Source: Phoronis australis (lineage: Eukaryota; Animalia; Phoronida). From it: a DNA stretch of 43,919 bases. Numbering within the stretch: the first letter of the stretch is position 1; every line of letters starts with the position of its first letter. The translations under genes were made by a program, and so were the position numbers. Location: NCBI GenBank assembly GCA_002633005.1, contig NMRA01000402.1, forward strand, positions 369,284 through 413,202. The letters run 5' to 3'. The notes beneath the pieces were generated by a model that ran no database searches, was not told the DNA's origin, and worked only from the letters and a program-made list of their open reading frames with translations. Shown here piece by piece: positions 24,394-37,287 of the stretch.

Positions 24394-24754
24394 TACTTAT
24401 TGAGAAAGTGTGAACAAATTATTTCCAGGCTATTAGGTATTCATGATAACTAGACTAAACCTTTAATTGTCAATTGTCAATGAAGTGGAAACATTATTAC
24501 GTCCCTGACAGTACGCCTGTGACATGGATATTCATTAAAGACTATCTATGGATTATTGGCAGGTTCAAATTAAGGTCCGGTTTTAGTTAAACTAAACAAA
24601 ACACAATAAAACACATTCCTTATTTGAGTTTTGTTTATTCTTTATCTGAAATTTAGGTATAAATACCAAAATAGCTGTAACAATGGATTGCCAACAGTTC
24701 ATACTATAAGGTATGTACAATTATACCTTTTTCATAAAGGCTTGGAAAAATGTC

Positions 24755-24932
24755 GCGAACAGTTTGTCCCGTCAGGACGCCATTGTTTTGGTCACATCAC
24801 ACCTAATGAATATCAGCCCAATAAGATTTCTGCTCTCGTCCTCGTCATGGGCAGAAATCTTTTCGGACTTACATTCATTAGGTCGTGTGAAGTGACCAAA
24901 ATGATGGCGTGCTGTCGGGACAAACTGTTCGC
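24755..24932. mobile_element. Foldback (palindromic) non-autonomous element
   Basis: Arms GCGAACAGTTTGTCCCG...AAGATTTCTGC and GCAGAAATCTT...CGGGACAAACTGTTCGC are complementary over about 80 bp around a short loop. Confidence 0.85.
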
Positions 24933-27206
24933 ATTCTATCAGGCATTCAGCTTTTTAAGTACACTAGTTAATGAAGGTTTTTTTCTCTAATACACAGCTA
25001 TGAAGAACATTTTACTTTTATTTTTGATTCAGGACTTTTGGTTTCTTCGTCATAAATGAGGAACTTGCAAGAGTCTACTGTAATGATGTGCCGACAAATT
25101 TACCAGCTAAAACAAAAAAACGCCTACCCCAACATATTTTCGCAATAAAGGGTTATGTCAAAACTTGTACTGCTTAATCTTGTTTGCTTGCATTCAAAAA
25201 AACTATGTTAATTACTCATGCACCGTATTTTATGTGTCTAATTCATATATACGTTTTGTCTAATGCTTCGTACTCAGATAAATGCGATTTCTTTGTGGTA
25301 CTAATAAACAAAATTTATGTCCAATACACTATCTTAGTTTCATACTGAAAATCGGATTCGGACTTAAATGTAATGAAACAGAATTAGTGAAGTTGCTACC
25401 AACCAACATTCCATCAACAATAAAATAACTTTTTATTTACACCATTTTCCACATGAGACCTCCTATCATTAAGTTTCTTTACCCAGGTGAGGATGGGTTT
25501 CTTGGCTTGTAACAACTTTACCAACAGAAAATGACTCTTTCACGCCAACTTGATAAACTGAGGGTCAAGCTATAACGAACTGTCAGTGCTTTCTAATTCC
25601 AGGAATCACTTGTACTTTGAGTAAGGAATGGGCCGAGACATTATAATAGTCAAAATCAAGAGTTGGTTTACTTGAAGGAAGGCAGGTTTATAGCAGCTTT
25701 AACAGCAATGACGTAATCACATTAAAAAACAGAATGCATTTTCAGTACCAAAGCTTAACCTGTACAATATCAAATGCATTTCACTGCAGTAATTCTCATC
25801 ACAACAGAAATGTAAATGCAAACAAGAGTTGCTTCATGACATGTTATTAATCGAAAAATGCTTGTCATGGACACATTTATTTCCATTGCGTAGTCAATTC
25901 ACACAACCACGGGGATCTAACAATAGCAGATGGCGATGGTTGATGGACTCAACATGAACCAAGTTATATGAAAACATCAGTTACAAAGCAGGTACGGTAT
26001 CACAGTTTTGGAGTCAAATGTAGGCAAACAGTGATCAAGTATTGTTGGTTTAAGAAAAATATGTCAGACTTATATGCTGAACGGTAAATGAGTAAGATGA
26101 AAAATATAGCTGTGTCTTTTTGTATAGACAATAGTTTATATCCAATCAAGCTACTGTGCAAAGGTAACTTTAAAATTAGTGTAAAATATTCAGTGAAGCA
26201 GTGATTGTGTCTTTTGACAGATCAAATAACATTTGTACATGTAGCATTGCAAAACCATTGATCGTCAAGGTAATGAACTGGGTGACCCCTGGAAATCATG
26301 TGTGTGTCAAGTTTGTGCACGCCTTGTTTTTCTGTCAAGCATCTGCTAATTATGGACACCGGTGGCAGTGGAGTATGGACCTTTCTAAATCCTTCTCAGC
26401 ATAATTCTTGGATTTCTCACTGAAGTACCTGTGTACCCTGTAAGTATAAAATATTGTGAAAAGTTAGAATATACTTGAGCACTGAAACACTAAAACCAAA
26501 GACACAGTGCAAAGAAAACCACCATTGGGTAGAAGTAATGATAACTGTATCTACGTCACCGACTGAATGCTAGTACCAACAAGTGTGAGAGGTTGCAAGT
26601 TAGAAAGATGGTGCAAGAACTTATGCACCTATTGCCTTTGACTCTTGGCATAAATATTCATAGTATCATAACTTTTGATGGCCAGTGAAAAACACTTCAT
26701 GGTTTGCATGGACCCTAGAGTTCTAAGACTGGAAATTGACCTTATGTCCCAAGTGTTACTCAGCAGCCATTGCATGAATATAGCATTACAACACAACGGT
26801 TTTGTCAAGCGCAAACAATGGTCATCCTACTATTGTCATTTAATAAGCAATAAGAAACCTGCATTGACAGACAATAGAGTTGCATTTTCGCGGAACAATC
26901 AAGACTGGCTATAAGCCCTGTAATCCACGCAACTTAACTTTTGATTCCACCTACCTCACTCAGATGAGAAATAATTATTGGTCTTGCAAAGAACTGTCAG
27001 TTCATTATGGTTGTGGTCATGTCACGTGAATGTAATAGCATGCTGTGACACGTCAACCTAAAGAAACTCTCAAGTACTAAAAAAATCGCTAGAGATTTTC
27101 AAGCCCAAAATTCACACCTGTTTTTATTAAGGAACAATACGAGATCAATGTCATACTAATAATACATGGTCTTAATGAACAGTTGGCATGCTTATATCTA
27201 TTTTAA

Positions 27207-28524
27207 AGGCGAAGGCATGTCATTTTTAGCAAAAATAAGGTTCGTTGATTATCCCAGACACATTTTTCATTTAATTACAGCTTTTCGTAATTTCATTAAT
27301 TTCTCGTCCTTTACTCCGGAAGTGACGTTTTGGGAGGCAAGAGTTACTCGCCAATTTGTTAAGTTATAGTCTGACTGTGAGAGCTGTCGAGTCAGTCATT
27401 GTTCTACCTTGTTTGTGATAAGTTCGGTCGTCGTTTGCTTTTATTTACAAGTGAGTCAACATGCCACGTTGTTGCTGCGTGCCGGGATGTACTCATTATC
27501 GTCTCACACGTGCTTTGAGTACCTTGCGTCCCTTTCCGAAGGATGACACACTTTGCCGTACTTGGCTAGCTCGTTCATGTGAAGAACGCAGCGCTACCCG
27601 TCCACGCAACGTACAAAGCAGTGGAGGGTTAGCGAGTGTGCGGCAAGCAATTTCTGCCGTCAGATTATGACAGATATTTACACTGAATTGATGAAGGTCC
27701 CTGCGAAACAACGCCTGAAGAAGAGTACCATGCCGTCTCTGTTGTTTCCCGACAGTGCCCCGTCGCCAACCTCAAGAACTACCTTTTTGAAGCGAGAAGC
27801 CTCGCGAGCTGTGGCCACTATATACAGTGACTGGAGGCACTTCATCTACCGTTACCCGTGCCTCCGAACGTACCCCATTGCGTGCAATTCCGGGAACTAG
27901 CAGTGATTCGCCCTATGCTGTTGTCTCTAGCCCAGAGCCTGTAAGCATCCCTGCAGCGATGTTGAGTAGTGGGAGTGAATACAGGCCCAGTTAGACACCC
28001 AGTGAAGAGGACAGTTCGTCATCCAATGAAAAGATCGGTGAGCCTAAGTTTGACAAGTTTATTGTGGACTTGTACTGGAGCTATTTGGAATGTGCCAGGT
28101 GTGTGGCGCGGGAGTCACACGGCGGGATGTAAGCAATTTGGGTGCTCAGATCACCTTCCAATGGGAGTGTGTAGCGGGACACTTGGGCAAGTGGGACAGT
28201 TCTTCCTCTGTACGTGAGACGTTAATGAGTACACCCCAGTACGCAGCAACAGCGTGGCATGTTAACTGACTCGTAAGCAAAAGCAAATAACGACCGAACT
28301 TATCACAACCGAGTTAGAACAATGACTGACTCGACTGCTCTCACAGTCAGACTATATGAAAAGAAATTGTCGCGAAATTCTTGCCTCCCAAAACGTCACT
28401 TCTGGAGTAGACGACGAGTAATTAACTAAATTACGAAAAGCAGTAAATAAGTGAAAAATATGTCTGTGATAATCAACGAACCATATTTTTGCTAAAAATG
28501 ACATGAAAAAGGTTGCCTTCGCCT
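27207..28524 (+). mobile_element. Kolobok-like non-autonomous DNA transposon with ~305-bp inverted ends and a THAP-transposase remnant
   Basis: TTAA on both sides (27203-27206, 28525-28528) and termini AGGCGAAGGC / GCCTTCGCCT. Arms 27207-27511 and 28211-28524 are inverted homologues. Confidence 0.88.
27461..28210 (+). pseudogene. Frameshifted THAP-domain transposase N-terminus
   Basis: MPRCCCVPGC...PFPKD...W...RVCGKQF...LKKSTMPSLLFP follows the THAP C2CH pattern with the His lost. It continues as KFIVD...CARC and GAQITFQWECVAGHLGKWDSS, truncated before any DDE core. Confidence 0.8.
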
Positions 28525-30885
28525 TTAAGATCAAGTAGAGCACAGACTCTGTAGAAGAGCAGACATAGACCTTTAACCCAGATTATGAGGATGCAGGTGA
28601 CAAAGGAGATAAGGACAAGGTTGAACAACAGCTCTTAATCCCTGCAAGATGACAATAGTGGCATTTGTAAGACGACATTCAGTTTTAAATTCATTCTGAG
28701 GCATCTACATCGAAAAGTCAGACGTTTATGTATGAATCTAAAACAGTGACATTGAATCGACAGACTGAATCGTACAAAGGCAAATTTTCAAAATAAGGGT
28801 TTTGGAAATCACAAAAATGATACACAGAATTTCGACAAGCAGCTGGAGTTACCTTGCAGTTAAACTACAGTTGTAAGTCAGTTGAAAATTTTTACGTGGA
28901 AATTAGTTATTAGGTACATTACAACTGTTCTTTGCTCAACTGGACATCCTAAAAAGCACTGATACGTTAGAATAAAAAAAACGCACTGAAGTAGAGTTTA
29001 CACAAACCTAATACATGTATAAATAACTTAAACGAAACACTGTGTCATGCATTTCAAAGTGCATTTTCGTGTTTTAATATGGGACACCAGTGACACCTGT
29101 TGCTGCGAAGTGCACTCATCCTTCAAAAATATCGCTGACAAATATTTGTCTGGTAAGTTGCTTGACTGTATTTATAAATTTAGATCTAAAAGTCTAGGTC
29201 CAAGCAGCTTTTTAGTAAAATAAAGCTAGCTACAGGAGGTTATTTTGAAACCGCAGATGTAAAGGCTTTGATCTACTAATTTTTGTGAAAAAATTATTGT
29301 GTGGGGGTTGCTGGTCACGGTGGTAGGGGAACCCCATTTTTGGACACCTTATTTACATTGTACGAAATCCTGAATGAATCCCTGAATAGAAATTGAACAT
29401 TCTTTAAACAAGGCAAGTATAAATACAGTAAACGAAACAGTGATATCTTTGGTTATGATTGTGAGTTGTGAGTTCAATAAAAATAAAATGACATTCCATG
29501 AGATGTTAAGGAAATGAATGAAACAATACCTCAAGTTTTCTCCAGGTGATCTGCTTCTATGACAAGTCTGGGACTCTTCCAAAAAGTTGTACTTTGGGGT
29601 TTGTCTAAGCCACTCATTCTGTAAGTACAGATGACGAAGGAGGTTTTAAATACAGTTTGACTCGTTTTACCAGGAGCAATCGCAAGAGCTATGAATGTAC
29701 TTTCAGTCAATTTGTCACACCTTTATGCTTAAAACAAATTTGATTTAATTACCAGAAGGCAAAATTTGTAGCTGAGACGGTATCATTCTAAACGTGTTGT
29801 TAGCATGAGATCGAAATTACGAAAAGTCAAGTTACTTATTGGATTAAGGAATTTAATGAGAATTTGTCTGTTTTTACTATTTGGTGTGTTCATGACCACA
29901 GGGTCGTGAGGCGAGACTCGCTGCATTCCTTCTCAGCTGTAGTACATGTATGCATGTAGACGCACAAGTCCCTCACGTTCAAAACTACGTTTTTTGTTTT
30001 CCCCGGCACCGTTCTATCACAAGTTCACTTAGTTGACCCTATTATGGCGACTGGGTGAATGAAATGGCGGATAGTACATACATGTACAAACCTGCTGTGT
30101 ACCTTACGTGCGCTGAATACGGATGCCTTCTTGATCGCCAAAATTTTCTATTGTGCACACAAGAGAAACATAATTGTATATATAGCATCACTTTGGGTTC
30201 TGCTCCATGCTCAATATTTTGTTGTGAAATAAAAGTATTGCTGGCAATTTTTTAATATATAGTGAAATTTTGCAGCTAAGCACAACAATTTAATCGCAAA
30301 ACGTCCAGAAATTGCCGCAATATATTTGGGATCAGGAAAGCAATAAACATTACCAATGCATGGCTCGTTTTGCTCACCTATTGCACTACACCAGATGAAG
30401 TTCTCTACGGTAATATATGAGACAAATTGAAATTCGTTTTCAAAACAATCAAGTACGTCGAGCCCAAAAAGCAAAGCTGCAACTACTGTAAACACTGTAT
30501 TTTTGTCAATTTTACAATAAATTTCAGAATACTTTCCACCTAAAATAATAAAAACCTCTCGCAAGGAGCTTTTTTAAGAAGCGTCTGAACGTGCATCAGC
30601 CATGACGTCTGTGTGTCCAGCACAGATACATGTATTACTCGACGAAGTCGAGAAAAAAAACATAAGAAATGTTAGCAAACCTTAATTTAAAAGTAGATTT
30701 AGCTCAAAATATGACGAAAATACCGAAAATTGCAGATATGCACGCAAAGCTTGAAGCTTCTGTAAAATACAAATTGAACTGCAGTGTCATGGAGGCTGCA
30801 AAAATTAAGTCATAAAAATATTGCGTTCACGTGTACGTGTCACGTGATCTGCGATCATCATTGATAAAAGATGAAAAACGGAACT

Positions 30886-30960
30886 TTATACCACGATATT
30901 AGCGTCAAATGGCAGATACAACCGTGTAATAACCCATAAAGTTATCTCACTAGTGAGATA
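30886..30960 (-). mobile_element. Crypton-like element terminus, inverted copy running into a gap
   Basis: Reverse complement of about 10721-10794 with few mismatches. Confidence 0.8.
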
Positions 30961-31723
30961 NNNNNNNNNNNNNNNNNNNNNNNNNNNNNNNNNNNNNNNN
31001 NNNNNNNNNNNNNNNNNNNNNNNNNNNNNNNNNNNNNNNNNNNNNNNNNNNNNNNNNNNNNNNNNNNNNNNNNNNNNNNNNNNNNNNNNNNNNNNNNNNN
31101 NNNNNNNNNNNNNNNNNNNNNNNNNNNNNNNNNNNNNNNNNNNNNNNNNNNNNNNNNNNNNNNNNNNNNNNNNNNNNNNNNNNNNNNNNNNNNNNNNNNN
31201 NNNNNNNNNNNNNNNNNNNNNNNNNNNNNNNNNNNNNNNNNNNNNNNNNNNNNNNNNNNNNNNNNNNNNNNNNNNNNNNNNNNNNNNNNNNNNNNNNNNN
31301 NNNNNNNNNNNNNNNNNNNNNNNNNNNNNNNNNNNNNNNNNNNNNNNNNNNNNNNNNNNNNNNNNNNNNNNNNNNNNNNNNNNNNNNNNNNNNNNNNNNN
31401 NNNNNNNNNNNNNNNNNNNNNNNNNNNNNNNNNNNNNNNNNNNNNNNNNNNNNNNNNNNNNNNNNNNNNNNNNNNNNNNNNNNNNNNNNNNNNNNNNNNN
31501 NNNNNNNNNNNNNNNNNNNNNNNNNNNNNNNNNNNNNNNNNNNNNNNNNNNNNNNNNNNNNNNNNNNNNNNNNNNNNNNNNNNNNNNNNNNNNNNNNNNN
31601 NNNNNNNNNNNNNNNNNNNNNNNNNNNNNNNNNNNNNNNNNNNNNNNNNNNNNNNNNNNNNNNNNNNNNNNNNNNNNNNNNNNNNNNNNNNNNNNNNNNN
31701 NNNNNNNNNNNNNNNNNNNNNNN
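30961..31723. other. Assembly gap
   Basis: Run of N. Confidence 1.
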
Positions 31724-32461
31724 AATCCACGAGGGCTCTAGATAACGGGGGATAACGACTGAGAACATGTAATAATCTATTCATACCACCTACTGAACGA
31801 GAAACATTGCAATGAATCGATCTACCTTTCTGGACTCGCCTCGGCTTTGTAACTACTTTCTATGTCAGAGGCCCGGGGTCGGAGGTCGTGACCTTTTAAT
31901 AAAAGCCGAGATATTTTTGCAAAATAATTGTTTTACTCAAAATCAATTAAAAAATAAAACAAAACAGAAATAAAGTGAATCTATAAATTAATGTTTTGCG
32001 ACTGTTATAGCTTACTACACATTTTATCACGCTAAGCTTCGACCGGCATTATATTGTCTGTTAAAGTAGGTTACCACTAGTAAATGACTATAATGCTCAA
32101 GTCAAAGGATCCCGACCACACGACATCTGCATTCAAATTGGAGATCGGTGATTTACAATGAGAGAACACGAGAGAAAAATTTCAATGTATTAAAATATCG
32201 TTGTTATGCGTCTTATTTTTCATAGCGTATAATTGTCGGTGCAATGTCCTTTGCTGAACATGCGATTGTTGCGCGTGGTCATTTAAGTATTCTATTTTCA
32301 CGTTCGATGACGTCAGCCGCTGAGTGGTGTAGTGGTAAAGTCGACTCGCAACTGTTGATTCCGGCCTCGGTTTCCCACCAAAACGATATCTTACTAGGGA
32401 GATAACTTTATGGGTTATTACAGAGTTGTATCTGCCATTCGAGGCTAATATTGTGGTATAA
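31724..32461 (+). mobile_element. Crypton-like element, copy 3 (B box decayed)
   Basis: Co-linear with 10095-10794 and ends GTGGTATAA. A box retained near 32325-32335. Confidence 0.78.
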
Positions 32462-32503
<42 letters not shown>

Positions 32504-32539
32504 GTGTGTGTGTGTATATATATATGTATATGTATATGT
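32462..32539. repeat. (TA)n(TG)n microsatellite
   Basis: Direct reading. Confidence 0.95.
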
Positions 32540-34016
32540 CTTATTGAAATGTAAGCTGTTCTTGGCCTTAGATACTTTGTTCAACAAACTTTCGTATTGT
32601 CTACATAAATAGATGGCAGTTGAAATTGTAAATCGCCGAGTGTAAGTGGCAATACGAACACAAATATATGAGTATGTATAAAATAAAACACTGTAAAATA
32701 TTTTATAGTAAAGCAGTTGTTGAACTTCGACTAGACTTCAGTCATCCAAGGCAAATAAATATAAAATTCATAAACAATATCGTGTATGGTACATGAAACA
32801 GGAAGAATGACAATAAACACGAGTACTGTATATACACAAAACCTGCTGAGAGTGGCGTACATGAAGTAATATCCCACGAGACGTAATTCCGCGTATCGAT
32901 ACGTGGAATAAGGTCCGAATGGGATATTACTTTTTGTACACAAATCGAGGTACGTTTAGTATTTATCCCATGCGCTTCGAATTCCTAAGTTTCTTACATT
33001 TTTTTCGGCAGATTTTCCAAATATTTCGCCCAGACTGTTCAGATGGGGGATCACATCCTATGTGTATTTACACTGTACTTGCGCGTTAGGTTGCAAGTTT
33101 TCTCTTGTAAAATAAACTGTTTTAAAAGTAAAGATTTATTTCTTGAAAACAGGTAAAAAAGATGAAAACAACGGCAACTGTGCAGTGAACTTGTAACGTC
33201 TGCTGGAACTAGTTAAAATACAATAATATTTGATATTTCAGTTTCCTAGGAATCTGTGCATGAGTTTCAGACATAAGTGTCTTACAATTAATGATTTTGT
33301 TCCAGATTTTACATTTAGGGGCTGGTTGCATGTCGAGTGTTATTTAAACTGCTGCAACAGTATTACTTTAAACTATATTCGGAAAGCTTGAGTATCGAAC
33401 CGGCTGAAGACGTCGAGTCGACATTGACCTACCTTTTGAACTTTCCATTTCAGAGGTCACTGTTGAAGTAGTTCGGGAGGTGAATACGTTAATCTGAATT
33501 ACGTGGCCGTACATGTAAATTCATGGATGAATAGACTGATCTGAATGTAATTTGCATGTGACCTGACCCTCATTTGAGTATGAACTGTTGTGTGCTGACT
33601 CGCTTTACTCACACTGTGGCAGTGCATATTTGGCGTCAGTGAGGAGAGCCAGGGAGCGGCAATATTGAGGTATTTTTCATGGTATTTTCGTATTTAGTAT
33701 TGCCGAATTTGCATTTTGTCTGTACATGTATCTGTGAAGTTTGCTATGCATTTTGTTTTTATTTTTAGAACTGAAACAGAGAAGAACTGTGAGAATGTCA
33801 ATGAGAAATGTTTCACGTCTCTCAATAAAGCACTCTTAAACGTTATTAATTCCTCTTGACTTGCCAACACTCACAATCATCATTTCTCTACAGAACATTT
33901 GTAGAAAGCTTGCTGATTCATAGTTGCAATATTGTTAGTCAGTAGTGCTACCCCAGTGATATGGTAGTGTCACGTGATAGTTTTTAAGGAGAGACAGTAC
34001 AGCCACTGAATTATTA

Positions 34017-34165
34017 GACTCTCTCCGGTGTCTCTCCGGTCTAGCCACCCGTGACCGTAACCGGAGACAGACCGGAGAGTGAGGCGTGAATCAAACGTGA
34101 CAGCTGGCATGAGCCTAAGCGTGACTGTACCCGGAGCTTACCGTAAGTTAGGCGTGAGTTTACCT
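34017..34165. repeat. GC-rich hairpin / MITE-like remnant
   Basis: ACTCTCTCCGGTGTCTCTCCGGT...ACCGGAGACAGACCGGAGAGT inverted arms, followed by repeated CGTGA motifs. Confidence 0.45.
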
Positions 34166-34673
34166 GCATCGCAGATGATAAAGTAATTTATTAAAATTAC
34201 ATCAGTAACTAGCAGTGATGTGTGTATTCTTATATACATTTGCTCATGTGAGGTTTAATTTTTTTGAAATCGTCAGATGCAGTAAAAGACCAAAATTTCC
34301 GTCTCAAATCCGAAGTCACTTCAGAAAACAGACCTTTGGACTTTACTTTTCACTTACTGTACATGTATATATAATTATTCGTTTTTATATAAACTAATAA
34401 AGAGTCTTAAAACGCGTGTACACGGCGGAATTATTCAATGGGGCTATTCGGTAAATCTGCAATAACTAGAGGGCGTGAGTGTACTAGTGGTGATAGATTA
34501 ACAGCCTCGATTTCACGAGCCCTTTAAATACATGGTGAAATGGCTTGCATCCGTGCCAACTGAATCTGAGATTGCGTAAAAAGGGTGCTTCTATGAGAGG
34601 AAGTAAGCACGACCTAATACAAAGGTAAGGTTTGTGATTATTTTAACGATTATTCCATGATTATTCTACCGAT

Positions 34674-35494
34674 NNNNNNNNNNNNNNNNNNNNNNNNNNN
34701 NNNNNNNNNNNNNNNNNNNNNNNNNNNNNNNNNNNNNNNNNNNNNNNNNNNNNNNNNNNNNNNNNNNNNNNNNNNNNNNNNNNNNNNNNNNNNNNNNNNN
34801 NNNNNNNNNNNNNNNNNNNNNNNNNNNNNNNNNNNNNNNNNNNNNNNNNNNNNNNNNNNNNNNNNNNNNNNNNNNNNNNNNNNNNNNNNNNNNNNNNNNN
34901 NNNNNNNNNNNNNNNNNNNNNNNNNNNNNNNNNNNNNNNNNNNNNNNNNNNNNNNNNNNNNNNNNNNNNNNNNNNNNNNNNNNNNNNNNNNNNNNNNNNN
35001 NNNNNNNNNNNNNNNNNNNNNNNNNNNNNNNNNNNNNNNNNNNNNNNNNNNNNNNNNNNNNNNNNNNNNNNNNNNNNNNNNNNNNNNNNNNNNNNNNNNN
35101 NNNNNNNNNNNNNNNNNNNNNNNNNNNNNNNNNNNNNNNNNNNNNNNNNNNNNNNNNNNNNNNNNNNNNNNNNNNNNNNNNNNNNNNNNNNNNNNNNNNN
35201 NNNNNNNNNNNNNNNNNNNNNNNNNNNNNNNNNNNNNNNNNNNNNNNNNNNNNNNNNNNNNNNNNNNNNNNNNNNNNNNNNNNNNNNNNNNNNNNNNNNN
35301 NNNNNNNNNNNNNNNNNNNNNNNNNNNNNNNNNNNNNNNNNNNNNNNNNNNNNNNNNNNNNNNNNNNNNNNNNNNNNNNNNNNNNNNNNNNNNNNNNNNN
35401 NNNNNNNNNNNNNNNNNNNNNNNNNNNNNNNNNNNNNNNNNNNNNNNNNNNNNNNNNNNNNNNNNNNNNNNNNNNNNNNNNNNNNNNNNNNNNN
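34674..35494. other. Assembly gap
   Basis: Run of N. Confidence 1.
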
Positions 35495-35634
35495 TATAGA
35501 CATACTCTTGTAGTTGTAGCGACAGCAGACGATAATGTAGGCCTAGTTCTTGGGGTGGTCTATTCCAATAGGGAGCGATGAATCAGCGCGGCTTTGCGTG
35601 ATTTTGCATTTCACATCATAAAGAGTTCCATAGC

Positions 35635-35795
35635 AACTCGAGTATGAGTGTCAGATTTGAGTACGTTTGGAGTCTACTCGAAACACGACATTAGATACGC
35701 TTTTTTGAGTACGACTCCAGTGAGCACGATTTTGAGTATGAAATCTCGAGTATGAGTATGAGTCTGAGTACGGAGACTGGAGACCGGGCCCAGGT
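35635..35795. repeat. GAGTAY-rich MITE-like remnant
   Basis: Multiple CTCGAGTATGAGT / GAGTACG motifs. Confidence 0.45.
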
Positions 35796-35799
35796 TTAA

Positions 35800-36125
35800 A
35801 CAGAACCTTGAGTATTAGCTAAAGAATGGTACATGTATTTATTATTTGGTCATTTGAAAATTGAGCATGCATTTCCTTTCTATTGTTCTGTAATATTTGG
35901 TGATTAGTGACCTTCTCTGGCGCCGTTCAACAACCTCCCCCCGCGGTGTCCCAAGGCTTTCTTTGACCACTGCTATGCTACAACTATCCAACTCACCTAA
36001 ACGACATCATCAGACCTCCATGTACATGATGAATGTAGATACAATCACCTGCCAAAACGTATGCTCAATGAAAGCAATGGAATAATTTAAAAGACGAACA
36101 AAATATACTTTTTTGCAATGCTCTG
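35800..36125 (+). repeat. Dispersed ~300-bp repeat, copy 2
   Basis: Homologous to 2216-2515. Confidence 0.8.
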
Positions 36126-36967
36126 TCATTTGTCGGGAATACGTAGACAAGCACCGAGGCCGCCTGCAAATGTGTGGTGTGTTCGTCCTCTTGATTTCAT
36201 AATCCGACATTCGTTGACAGGATGGAACCTGTGCAGAATACCAAGCAGACTTTAATTGCCTGAAAAGTAAAAGTAAGTGACAGCATAACACAGTTCATGA
36301 TTAAGGACACAAAACTAAATTCGAAGCTATTTGATATACATGCAACTTACAGTCATGTACTTTGGAGACTTAATTCGAGACTTCCCAAGGGTTGATGACG
36401 TTCTGTGATATGTTATCTGGTAATAGGCAATGTGAAATAAGATGTTTAACCATGTACATGTACATGTAGTTCCAGCAGAAAACTATATTATGCTTGCACT
36501 TTTTAAAAATACAAACACATTCCCAATATGCACACTGGTTCCATCGTATAAAATAAAATCGCGGTTTGCCAATTTGCTGGATATGCAAGTTTTGTACCTT
36601 AAACGTATGGAAACATTTCAAATGCCTGGCGTGGCTTAGGCTAAACGTATTAACATCCAGTTTTAGTATTTTAATAATAAAACTACACGAAGTTAAATCT
36701 GACTTTCTGAACGTTCAAGTCTCCTATTTATCATTTCCGATGTGCGATTCACTGAACTAAATGTTGGTTGTAGCCTGAAGACGTGATGTGCGTCTCGAAA
36801 TATCGCTTTTTAAAATATGTTACCTAATGATGTCGTTTGAATTTTTATTGCACTGTTGTGATGTAAAGACAAGATCTCTATTTAGAGAGTTTGAATGAAC
36901 TGAAAATAAGCTAGCAGAAACAAATCAAAGTTGTGTCTTCCATAAAATACGTGTATGTACTATATAT

Positions 36968-36981
36968 GCGTGTGTGTGTGG

Positions 36982-37012
<31 letters not shown>

Positions 37013-37079
37013 TGTGTGGGTGTGTGTGGGTGTGTGTGGGTGTGCGTGCGTGCGTGCGTGCGTGCGTGTGTCTGTGTGC
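36968..37079. repeat. Compound (TG)n/(TGCG)n microsatellite
   Basis: Direct reading; it accounts for the Cys-Val and His-Thr ORFs. Confidence 0.95.
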
Positions 37080-37287
37080 AGCATTGGTTAAACACTCGAC
37101 CAAGAGACATGGGTACATCCAACTGCACAGCTGTGGAAATTTGCCGGCATTATAATAAAAAAGAAAGGTGTTAAAAAGCCATGTGTATCAGTAGGTTTAA
37201 TCTTCCCTTCCACATTAATTTTTTTTCGGCAGCTTGCGCTGCAGGCCTGTCCACCAAAGACAGCTATTACTTAAGATTTCAAACGTG

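Noticed and set aside
22647-29618. Minus-strand multi-exon gene suggested by AG/GT-bounded segments (22647-22744, 22857-22900, 29530-29618 and others)
   Set aside because: The joins I tested give in-frame stops and no recognisable domain; it could still be a decayed spliced gene or lncRNA but is not supportable.
30942-31784. Long ORFs in the track
   Set aside because: They are translations of N gaps; the same applies to 34657-35503.
36925-37174. Cys/Val-rich and His/Thr-rich ORFs
   Set aside because: Translations of the TG microsatellite.
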